A DNA stretch of 34,995 nt from Macrostomum lignano (taxonomy: Eukaryota): NCBI GenBank assembly GCA_002269645.1, contig NIVC01004791.1, positions 1-34,995 on the forward strand, given 5' to 3'. Shown one piece after another: positions 19,700 through 30,934 of the stretch. The position numbers and the translations under genes were made by a program. The notes beneath the pieces were generated by a model. The model was not told the DNA's origin, ran no database searches, and worked only from the letters and a program-made list of their open reading frames with translations. Position 1 is the stretch's first letter. Every line of letters begins with the position of its first letter.

Positions 19700-21421
19700 G
19701 ATTGGGGCGATTCTCAGGTAGATTAGGGCGATTCTCAGGTAGATTGGGGCGATTCTCAGGTAGATTAGGGCGATTCTCAGGTAGATTGGGGCGATTCTCA
19801 TCTGTAGGTTGGGGCGATTCTCAGGTAGATTGTGGCGATTCTCAGGTAGATTGGGGCAATTCTCAGGTAGATTGGGGCGATTCTCAGGTAGATTGGGGCG
19901 ATTCTCAGGTAGATTGGGGCGATTCTCAGGTAGATTAGGGCGATTCTCAGGTAGATTGGGGCGATTCTCATCTGTAGGTTGGGGCGATTCTCAGGTAGAT
20001 TGTGGCGATTCTCAGGTAGATTGGGGCAATTCTCAGGTAGATTGGGGCGATTCTCAGGTAGATTGGGGCGATTCTCAGGTAGATTGGGGCGATTCTCAGG
20101 TAGATTGTGGCGATTCTCAGGTAGATTGGGGCGATTCTCAGGTAGATTGGGGCGATTCTTAGGTAGATTGTGGCGATTCTCAGGTAGATTGGGGCGATTC
20201 TCAGGTAGATTGGGGCAATTCTCAGGTAGATTGGGGCAATTCTCAGGTAGATTGTGGCGATTCTCAGGTAGATTGGGGCGATTCTCAGGTAGATTGGGGC
20301 GATTCTCAGGTAGATTGGGGCGATTCTCAGGTAGATTGTGGCGATTCTTAGGTAGATTGGGGCGATTCTCAGGTAGATAGGGGGGATTCTCAGGTAGATT
20401 GGGGCGATTCTCAGGTAGATTGTAGCGATTCTCAGGTAGATTGGGGCGATTCTCAGGTAGATTGGGGCGATTCTCAGGTAGATTATGGCGATTCTCAGGT
20501 AGATTGGGGCGATTCTCAGGTAGATTGTGGCGATTCTCAGGTAGATTGGGGCGATTCTCAGGTAGATTGGGGCGATTCTTAGGTAGATTGTGGCGATTCT
20601 CAGGTAGATTGGGGCGATTCTCAGGTAGATTGGGGCAATTCTCAGGTAGATTGGGGCAATTCTCAGGTAGATTGTGGCGATTCTCAGGTAGATTGGGGCG
20701 ATTCTCAGGTAGATTGGGGCGATTCTCAGGTAGATTGGGGCGATTCTCAGGTAGATTGTGGCGATTCTCAGGTAGATTGGGGCGATTCTCAGGTAGATAG
20801 GGGGGATTCTCAGGTAGATTGGGGCGATTCTCAGGTAGATTGTAGCGATTCTCAGGTAGATTGGGGCGATTCTCAGGTAGATTGGGGCGATTCTCAGGTA
20901 GATTATGGCGATTCTCAGGTAGATTGGGGCGATTCTCAGGTAGATTGGGGCGATTCTCATCTGTAGATTGGGGCGATTCTCAGGTAGATTGGGGCGATTC
21001 TCAGGTAGATTGGGGCGATTCTCAGGTAGATAGGGGGGATTCTCAGGTAGATTGGGGCGATTCTCAGGTAGATTGTAGCGATTCTCAGGTAGATTGGGGC
21101 GATTCTCAGGTAGATTGGGGCGATTCTCAGGTAGATTATGGCGATTCTCAGGTAGATTGGGGCGATTCTCAGGTAGATTGGGGCGATTCTCATCTGTAGA
21201 TTGGGGCGATTCTCAGGTAGATTGGGGCGATTCTCAGGTAGATTGGGGCGATTCTCAGGTAGATTGGGGCGATTCTCATCTGTAGATTGGGGCGATTCTC
21301 AGGTAGATTGGGGCGATTCTCAGGTAGATTGGGGCGATTCTCATCTGTAGATTGGGGCGATTCTCAGGTAGATTGGGGCGATTCTCAGGTAGATTGGGGC
21401 GATTCTCAGGTAGATTGTGGC
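19700..21421. repeat. 21-bp minisatellite (GATTGGGGCGATTCTCAGGTA), ~82 copies, with higher-order blocks; begins ~28 nt upstream of the MRPL4 ATG
   Basis: Directly visible; it explains all the MGRFSGRL / RIAPIYL ORFs. Confidence 0.98.
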
Positions 21422-22617
21422 ATTTTAATGACCAGATTGGGCAGTAGTCAAGAAAAAATGAAATCCTCAAAGACCAGGTCGTTACGCGCTTTAATTTCCA
21501 GTTTACGGTAATAAAAAAGCAGAGCTACAACGCAAGTAACAGCAAAAAATGATTATACTAAAAATATTAATCTGAATACATTAGCAATTAAATATTAAAA
21601 GTTCACACAGCAGCAGCATGAACACCGCAACAATTAATTCGAGTTTTAGCTGGCACAATAGGTTATATAATAATAAATAAATGCCGGCAAGACAAACTCT
21701 GATAAAAAATTTAAAAGACATTTTATCAATTTTTGGCAAATATGGAGATATAAAGAATGTTATTTTAAACTACTATAAGTAGTGTGACATAAGCTAGGAA
21801 ATCCGCTTTAAAACTGAAGCCTATTTTTAGTTGAATTCCCAGTTTAACTCTGAATATTCAAGGTCAACTGACTGTTTTGAATTAATAGCACTTAAACAAA
21901 GCAATATTTCAATTGTTTACGCCTACTACTTCTAAGGCAATTTATAATTTAAATAATTAATTATTTTAAATATTACTAGTAACTTTCTAAATCTGGAATT
22001 GCCTATTTGAATTACTACTACTGAAAAAAATCTTTGCGCGCTACTAACCGCAGTAGAAAAATTCGAGTATAACTCATAAATTTCAGCGACCTCATTAAAT
22101 TAAAAAATTCTTCCGTCTTCCGACTTTCATGATTTGGCTGCTAACTTGGAAGAAGCGGGATGATTTAACTAGGAAGAGACAATCGCATTTTTAGGCGCGA
22201 AATTTTGGGTCCCAACTAATTCTCCGGCTTTATTTCAATTAGTTGCGCTAATTGAAAAACACTGTAGGCAAAACTGCAATCAAGAAGGAAAAAGAATGAA
22301 AGATTCCAAAATATGGCCGCAGTAGAAATAAACAAAGTACAAAAAGCAGACGATTGGCATCGGGTATGCATTGATATGTATTTCGAAGACGAATGCCACA
22401 TACACCAGAACTGCAAATTAAGATCAGGTGCACTAATTCTTGTCCAGCTGACCTGCACAGTGGCACTGCAAAAATCTGACCAAATATTGAAATTGTGGGT
22501 AAATAAATTTATTAATAAAGATGCACCTTTTCGTTGTCGCCAAGTCGGGAATGCTTGTGATTCGATCAGCTGGAGAACTTGAGCTGATGGTCAGAGACAG
22601 TTGAGAGAAAACAGTTC

Positions 22618-23440
22618 GACAGGCAGATATCGAGACACATTCGCATCAAGACAGGCAGACATCGAGACACATTCACATTAAGACAGGCAGACATCGAGAC
22701 ACATTCACATCAAGACAGGCAGACATCGAGACACATTCACATTAAGACAGGCAGACATCGAGACACATTCACATCAAGACAGGCAGATAATCGAGACACA
22801 TTCACATCAAGACAGGCAGACATCGAGACACATTCACATTAAGACAAGCAGATAATCGAGACACACTCACATCAAGACAGGCAGACATCGAGACACATTC
22901 ACATCAAGACAGGCAGATAATCGAGACACATTCACATCAAGACAGGCAGATAATCGAAACACATTCACATCAAGACAGGCAGATAATCGAGACACATTCA
23001 CATCAAGACAGGCAGATAATCGAGACACATTCACATCAAGACAGGCAGATAATCGAGACACATTCACATCAAGACAGGCAGATAATCGAGACACATTCAC
23101 ATCAAGACAGGCAGATAATCGAGACACATTCACATCAAGACAGGCAGATAATCGAGACATTCATATTAAGACAAGCAGATAATCGAGACACATTCACATC
23201 AAGACAGGCAGATAATCGAGACACATTTACATCAAGACAGGCAAATAATCGAGACACATTTTCATCAAGACAGGCAGATAATCGAGACACATTCACATCA
23301 AGACAGGCAGATAATCGAGACACATTCACATCAAGACAGGCAGATAATCGAGACACATTTACATCAAGACAGGCAGATAATCGAGACACATTCAAATCAA
23401 GACAGGCAGACATCGAGGCACATTCATATTAAGACAAGCA
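22618..23440. repeat. 32/33-bp minisatellite (AAGACAGGCAGATAATCGAGACACATTCACATC), ~25 copies, 3' of the IP3K gene
   Basis: Directly visible; gives an 11-aa periodic ORF. Confidence 0.97.
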
Positions 23441-23667
23441 AGTACTCGTATTAGAACAGACGGACAAAAAAGCAAAGTCCAAGACAGAGGCCAAATGATA
23501 CAGAAAAGCTACATGGTGTAGATTATAACAGTATAATAGTTGAAAATACAAAAAATGATAAATATAACGGCAGTCTCAAGCGAAATAAGGCTAGAATTAT
23601 TTGCCTAGAAATTCAATTGGCCTGGGGAACTGAGAGATCGATGGGAACTGTTACAGGACCAGCAGTC

Positions 23668-26515
23668 CTACGCGCAGGCGTTTACCAGCTGCTGGAATAG
23701 GTGGATAATGTTGTCCAGGCCAGTCAGGTAGCCGTCCTCGTGATTGCCCTCCGACCACTCGGCAGTGTGGCTCAGCCGGCTGGGACTTGGCCGCGTCTTG
23801 CCGAAGTCGATCATCCACACGGAGGCGCGCCCGGCGCGGTCGTGCACGAATAGCAGGGAGGAGCCGATGAGCTGTCAATTTGGCGTGTAGGGATGAGCTC
23901 AAGCTGTGGGACTCATCTATGGTGAGACGCATTTGCTCGTAACTTTATTAACTTATTATCACATCGAAGCTTGAAACTGAACTATATGTGGAAGCTCAGG
24001 AATCGTGATGGAAGCTCAGGGATCGTGATGGAAGCTCAAAGATCGTGATGGAAGCTCAAAGATCGTGATGGAAGCTCAGGGATCGTGATGGAAGCTCAGG
24101 GATCGTGATGGAAGCTCAGGGATCGTGATGGAAGCTCAGGGATCGTGATGGAAGCTCAGGGATCGTGATGGAAGCTCAGGGATCGTGATGGAAGCTCAGG
24201 GATCGTGATGGAAGCTCAGGGATCGTGATGGAAGCTCGGGGATGCAGATGGCAGCTCAGAGATTCAGATGGAAGCTCGAAGATGCAGATTGAAGCTGGGA
24301 GATTCAGATGGAAGCTGGGAGATTCAGATGGAAGCTGGGAGATTCAGATGGCAGCTCAGAGATTCAGATGGCAGCTCAGAGATTCAGATGGCAGCTCAGA
24401 GATTCAGATGGAAGCTCAGAGATTCAGATGGCAGCTCAGAGATTCAGATGGCAGCTCAGAGATTCAGATGGCAGCTCAGAGATTCAGATGGCAGCTCAGA
24501 GATTCAGATGGCAGCTCAGAGATTCAGATGGCAGCTCAGAGATTCAGATGGCAGCTCAGAGATTCAGATGGCAGCTCAGAGATTCAGATGGCAGCTCAGA
24601 GATTCAGATGGAGGCTCAGAGATTCAGATGGCAGCTCAGAGATTCAGATGGAAGCTCGGAGATTCAGATGGCAGCTCAGAGATTCAGATGGCAGCTCAGA
24701 GATTCAGATGGCAGCTCAGAGATTCAGATGGCAGCTCAGAGATTCAGATGGCAGCTCAGAGATTCAGATGGCAGCTCAGAGATTCAGATGGCAGCTCAGA
24801 GATTCAGATGGAGGCTCAGAGATTCAGATGGCAGCTCAGAGATTCAGATGGCAGCTCAGAGATTCAGATGGCAGCTCAGAGATTCAGATGGCAGCTCAGA
24901 GATTCAGATGGCAGCTCAGAGATTCAGATGGCAGCTCAGAGATTCAGATGGCAGCTCAGTGATTCAGATGGAGGCTCAGAGATTCAGATGGCAGCTCAGA
25001 GATTCAGATGGAGGCTCAGAGATTCAGATGGCAGCTCAGAGATTCAGATGGCAGCTCAGAGATTCAGATGGCAGCTCAGAGATTCAGATGGAGGCTCAGA
25101 GATTCAGATGGCAGCTCAGAGATTCAGATGGCAGCTCAGAGATTCAGATGGCAGCTCAGAGATTCAGATGGAGGCTCAGAGATTCAGATGGCAGCTCAGA
25201 GATTCAGATGGCAGCTCAGAGATTCAGATGGCAGCTCAGAGATTCAGATGGCAGCTCAGAGATTCAGATGGCAGCTCAGAGATTCAGATGGCAGCTCAGA
25301 GATTCAGATGGAGGCTCAGAGATTCAGATGGCAGCTCAGAGATTCAGATGGCAGCTCAGAGATTCAGATGGCAGCTCAGAGATTCAGATGGCAGCTCAGA
25401 GATTCAGATGGAAGCTCAGAGATTCAGATGGAAGCTCAGAGATTCAGATGGCAGCTCAGAGATTCAGATGGAAGCTCAGAGATTCAGATGGCAGCTCAGA
25501 GATGCAGATGGAAGCTCAGAGATTCAAATCGCTCTGCACTAGGGAGGTACAGACTACATAGAGTAGTATGTTTTACAAAATGCTACAAAATGCGCACTTT
25601 AAAATACTAAGTTGAAATTGTACATTCCCAGTGAAAATTGGAGAATTAAAATAGAATTTTGAAAACTGTTTTCACCACGCAAATTCGCAATTAAACTAGA
25701 GAAGATTTGCGCCGAAAAAACGCACTATTAAGCCAACTAGCTTTTACATTTAACAGTTACTAACGGCAGAAATGCTATACAGCACTCCTTCAACTAACAA
25801 TAAAAACATTCAACAAGCGTACCTCGTGCTTAGGAAAGAACTCTGACTGAGTCAATGCCTCGCGAAGGCGCCGCAGCCTCTCCAGATAGGCTCTGGCCAC
25901 GCCGCCGGCCTGAACACCGTCAACAAAGTACGCCAGCATAGCCAGAATGTCTTCCCTACGGCGCAGTCGTTTGAAATCGTCAAACGGCGGAGGAGCAACG
26001 GAGCCGTCAGGGTCGCCTCGCTTCAGCCCGTCGATGCGGAAGGCCAAGGAGGAGGTGGAGGACAGGCGCTCCCGCCACAGCATGTAGTCCAGCTTGGTGA
26101 CCGCGCCAGCCGCTCTCTGCTCGGGTGTCGTAGCGTCCGGGTCGGTTTCAACGATGCGCCTGTACATGTCAGGTCGGGGCTTCGCGTCCCGCCTAGCCAT
26201 AGCCAGCTCGTCCTCTAGGTAAGTTCGGCAGCCAATCTTGCAGTCCATCAGCGATACGGGAGCCTGGAACTCGGCCAGGAGGTCCTGCATCTCTACGAAC
26301 TCCGCGCCGACACCGCTGTCGCTGTCATCAGACGGACTCCGACGAATGCCGTAGAATGCGGGCGCAAAGTCGCGCAGGCGCGGGTCGCTGGCCAGCGCCT
26401 GCAGGCAGTCAGCCTCCGCCTGACAGAGTCGCTTCATCACCCGGCCTGGCCGGCTGCCGCTCTGAAAATTGCCAGCATGACCGGACAGCTGCGTCCAAGC
26501 TTCTTCGGTTGCCAT
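23668..26515 (-). CDS. IP3K: Inositol-1,4,5-trisphosphate 3-kinase (ITPKA/B/C family), ~298 aa, 2 coding exons
   Basis: Exons 26515-25823 (ACCATGG start; GAG|gtacgc) and 23871-23668 (gacag|CTC...TAG). Motifs: [31 protein letters not shown], the IP3K-specific inositol-binding insert ([13 protein letters not shown]...[11 protein letters not shown]), [28 protein letters not shown]. Confidence 0.93.
23989..25528. repeat. 20-bp minisatellite, ~76 copies (GATCGTGATGGAAGCTCAGG grading into GATTCAGATGGCAGCTCAGA), in the IP3K intron
   Basis: Directly visible; exactly 3 units per 60-nt line. Confidence 0.98.
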
Positions 26516-27208
26516 GGTTACTGTTGACTGGTTAGTTCGATGAGGCCGAGGCTTGAGCGATCGCAGTTCGCTGGATAACTGGGGACAAAAAATATGAATA
26601 TAGAGTTATTGAATAAAGGCTTTAACTTTAGCAAATAACACTATTTATCAGTTTGCAGAATGTGTATCTCAGCACAATAAACAAGCTGGCTTATTAAACT
26701 AAGCTAAAGGCTGGTTCAAGTCCACTAAGTTCAGTCGCGATAAGATACTATAGGCCCGATAGAATAAACTCTCAGGTGAGACTAAACGCCTTCGAGTTGG
26801 TGCAGAGTGCTTGGGTTCCACAGAGAGAGGGGTGACAGGCTTAAAATACACAAAGCCAACCGGCCTCCTCTCCCTATGCCCACACGACTCTGCTCGTTTC
26901 ATTTTCTCTGTTCTATTTCTAAACAGAAAGCCAATGAATTGCTGAGACAGGCGGGCACGCGCTGGAGTTTGCGCACACTCGGCTGTTCACAGTGTTCAGC
27001 GTACGCCAGAGTGACCTCGGACTGGCTCGGAGCTGAGGTGGGCTCGGTGAGAGAGGGAGGGATGGAAAAGGACAGAAAAGTAAGCGAACAGGTCGTTAAG
27101 CCAAGCAGCACACTCAAGCTCGACTCAGGGTTGACCTTATATGCGGCCTGTTAATAGCTAAAAAATTTCTTAAAGCTTTTCAGTTTAAAAAAAATTCTTT
27201 TTCAACAA

Positions 27209-28481
27209 CTGATCGACCGTTTCTAAGAATTCTTTGCTAAACCTCTGATCGACCGTTTCTAAGAATTCTTTGCTAAACCTCTGATCGACCGTTTCTAAAA
27301 ATTCTTTGCTAAACCTCTGATCGAGAGTTTCTAAGAATTCTTTGCTAAACCTCTGATCGACCGTTTCTAAGAATTCTTTGATAAACCTCTGATCGACCGT
27401 TTCTAAGAATTCTTTGATAAACCTCTGATCGACCGTTTCTAAGAATTCTTTGATAAACCTCTGATCGACCGTTTCTAAGAATGCTAAACCTCTGATCGAC
27501 CGTTTCTAAGAATTCTTTGCTAAACCTCTGATCGACCGTTTCTAAGAATTCTTTGATAAACCTCTGATCGACCGTTTCTAAGAATTCTTTGATAAACCTC
27601 TGATCGACCGTTTCTAAGAATTCTTTGCTAAACCTCTGATCGACCGTTTCTAAGAATTCTTTGATAAACCTCTGATCGACCGTTTCTAAGAATTCTTTGA
27701 TAAACCTCTGATCGACCGTTTCTAAGAATTCTTTGCTAAACCTCTGATCGACCGTTTCTAAGAATTCTTTGATAAACCTCTGATCGACCGTTTCTAAGAA
27801 TTCTTTGCTAAACCTCTGATCGACCGTTTCTAAGAATTCTTTGATAAACCTCTGATCGACCGTTTCTAAGAATTCTTTGCTAAACCTCTGATCGACCGTT
27901 TCTAAGAATTCTTTGATAAACCTCTGATCGAGAGTTTCTAAGAATTCTTTGCTAAACCTCTGATCGACCGTTTCTAAGAATTCTTTGCTAAACCTCTGAT
28001 CGACCGTTTCTAAGAATTCTTTGATAAACCTCTGATCGACCGTTTCTAAGAATGCTAAACCTCTGATCGAGAGTTTCTAAGAATTCTTTGCTAAACCTCT
28101 GATCGACCGTTTCTAAGAATTCTTTGATAAACCTCTGATCGACCGTTTCTAAGAATGCTAAACCTCTGATCGACCGTTTCTAAGAATTCTTTGATAAACC
28201 TCTGATCGACCGTTTCTAAGAATTCTTTGATAAACCTCTGATCGACCGTTTCTAAGAATTCTTTGATAAACCTCTGATCGACCGTTTCTAAGAATTCTTT
28301 GATAAACCTCTGATCGACCGTTTCTAAGAATTCTTTGATAAACCTCTGATCGACCGTTTCTAAGAATTCTTTGCTAAACCTCTGATCGACCGTTTCTAAG
28401 AATTCTTTGATAAACCTCTGATCGACCGTTTCTAAAAATTCTTTGCTAAACCTCTGATCGACCGTTTCTAAGAATTCTTTG
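27209..28481. repeat. 36-bp minisatellite (CTGATCGACCGTTTCTAAGAATTCTTTGMTAAACCT), ~35 copies, upstream of the IP3K gene
   Basis: Directly visible; occasional 30-bp deleted units and GAGA variants; no unique spacers. Confidence 0.98.
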
Positions 28482-29535
28482 CCGGGCTCAGAATCCTAAG
28501 TTTGTGGTTTTCTCTACATCAAAGTGGCATTTTACATCCTGCGTCTAAAACTCAAAAGCTGAATTTAAAATGTTAGCGTCAATCAAAACATTCGAAATGT
28601 GAAGGTTGTCAACAGCCTATGACTTATTAATCGCGGCTTTTAATCTTTGGACTCACTTAGCGAGAGTGCGTGTGTTACGTGCCACGTAAGAAATTAGTAA
28701 GTATCCACGCTATTGTATGTGCTCAAAGAGTCAGCGGAATGGGCAGAAGTTGTAGGACGATTTCACCCAAGGCGTTGAGCAGGGTGCCCCGGTCGGGTGC
28801 CAGCTACAAACTGGATGGATTTCCAGCTTTTTTTCTAAATTAATAAGGCTTTTAAACACTAAAATCGTACTTAGTGGCGCCACCACACTCAAGGCACTGA
28901 TAAGCAATAATGTATGAAAGGTCAAAGACTCACTGGTAAGTTAGGCTGCTTAATTAGAGCAATTCTGGGAGCAGCAACTAACAGTTGTTGGCAGTCGAGT
29001 TCAAATCGTTGATCCTGTGAACTCATTGCTGGCAAACTGGTTGGCAGCTAATAAATGCATGCAATCAACAGGTTGATGAAAATAGTCTGGGAGATAAAAT
29101 TAAACTCATGACAAATTAACTTTTTCTGATACTTAATAAGGTTCTAAATTTCTAAGGAAGTGGAAATTTGCAGTCTTTGTATCGAAAATATAAGCAAGAT
29201 AGAACAGATAAATATGGCTACATCACTAAGTCAGGGTTCCTATAACTACAAGGGGTATGCAATAAGTTAATGGATGCACAAAGTGGGAAGGTAATGTACA
29301 CAATTTGGCATATCGGGTATTATGTACATTATCTTGTGATTATATTTGTGCAATTTCAGACAAATTCACTCTATAAAGCATGCGCTGCACACACGAAAAG
29401 TTAGCATGCCCCCTAACACTAAGAATTCACAATTGAGCTCAACGGAGGCCATTGGAGACTACAAAAGTGTTCTAAGGCAGCAGGAGAGCTTTGAGTAATT
29501 TCAAGTAGCTTTCGGCAATGAAGCACCTTCCAGGA

Positions 29536-29799
29536 CATACATGCGCAACAGTCGACCGATTTGGCGGCCAACCAAAGAAGTCGCAAAAATGCCCACCCGA
29601 AAAAATACCTAAGTAGTAGTACTAAGTAGCTGACGAGGCATTTTGGCTTAATAAGACAGTTATAGTTACTCCTGCCGTTTACCAAAGTTGCGTTAGGGTT
29701 TTTTTACATGTAAGTCGCATTTTTGGCCAAAAACTACGTCGCATTTTTGTTAAAACTAAGTCGCATGGCCGACCGAATTTCGGAGGTTGCGCATGTATG
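29536..29799. mobile_element. 264-bp non-autonomous hAT-like element (MITE) inserted in the mariner
   Basis: Perfect 14-bp TIR CATACATGCGCAAC/GTTGCGCATGTATG; perfect 8-bp TSD TTCCAGGA (29528-29535 and 29800-29807); subterminal GTCGCA repeats. Excision restores EAPSRTTVF. Confidence 0.92.
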
Positions 29800-30348
29800 T
29801 TCCAGGACCACGGTTTTTTCAAGTCGTTTGCTGAATTCCAATGTCGCTGACAGAGTCTGGATGATGAAGAGTGCAACAGCAAGCAGAGATTGTTGCTGCC
29901 ATTTGGGCCATGATTGAGGATGATGTCAGGGCAACTGTAGTCCAGATAGAGGCAGAAGCGGCATGTCATTGTGAACTGTCTGAACAATCATGTACTCAAG
30001 GCTCAACCTAAGCAATATTTCTGCATGCTAGGTGCCTCATCACTTGATGGAAGAGCAAAAGGAGGCTTGGGTGGCTTGGTGCCATTCCATGCTCAATAGT
30101 TTCGATGGTGGCTGCTCAAACTCAGTCTGGGAAATTATCAATGGTAAAAAATCCTTAGATTAACAGTTTTGAACCAGAGACCAAGCAGCAGTTGGCCCAG
30201 TGGACACTAGTTGGAGGTGTCCCACCATTGAAGCTGCAGCAAAAGTGCAGTGTGGCAAACAGATAGAGGCTATCTTTGTGACAAAAGCTGGTCATCTAGC
30301 GACCGTACTACTTGTGTAATAGTGTATAGTCACTGGCAACTGTTATAC

Positions 30349-30934
30349 CCAGACTCCGGATGGTATACATGTACGCTGGAATTTTCGGCATATAGAGGGA
30401 CCTAGATTACACATTGGCACACAACTTGGCATACAAAGGCGCCTGGGGTGCCCTCTTGGTGTACAGCTTGGCATATAGAGATTGCCGAGACCAGCAAGTG
30501 GGACCAAAAGTTCCGGTCCCAACAATCAATTTATATAATTAGCATACAAAAATGATTAAGTTTGCATTTGGCATAGTTTCCATGTACATTGTTACAGTAG
30601 CTAAATTTTGATCAGAAAGAATAGCCAGCCCTTTACGAAAAAAATGGAAAACTAAATAAAAAAACTGGGTTTAACTTTTCTAAGAAAGTAAAAGTAAAAC
30701 AAAAATAGTTTAAATGAACTAGTTTTCTACAGTTTAGTAAAAAGATTTTTTGTTTTAATACATAGGTTGTTTAAATATTAAAATTTTGCAAGCTTTTAAT
30801 ATTAGTTGTAATTTGTAATTTTTATTTTGGCCTATTTTGTATGCGATAAAAAGTTTGTTGGTGTACATTGGCATGCATGAGCTACGGAAGCAATTTTTGT
30901 TCCGGCATACAGCAATGCACAATCTTGACCCTGG
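30349..30934. mobile_element. Older ~586-bp insertion in the mariner (degenerate hAT-like element)
   Basis: Transposase homology stops at ...VTGNCYT (30348) and resumes at YTNCYLPK (~30938). Flanks TGTTATAC/TATTATAC match at 7/8; termini CCAGACTCCGGATGGT versus reverse-complement CCAGGGTCAAGATTGT match at 11/16. Confidence 0.6.

Noticed and set aside
21421-22617. Short ORFs in the AT-rich spacer (22216-22582)
   Set aside because: They are AT-rich, lack the codon bias of the real exons and have no motifs or splice context.
27209-28481. 36-bp repeat with GTTT...AAAC and an internal palindrome (AAGAATTCTT), superficially CRISPR-like
   Set aside because: Units are head-to-tail with no unique spacers, there are no cas genes, and the context is eukaryotic.
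30761-30780. TAGGTTGT as the left mariner TIR
   Set aside because: Transposase homology extends upstream to ~29430 and a better TIR match lies at ~29247; this site falls inside the second insertion.
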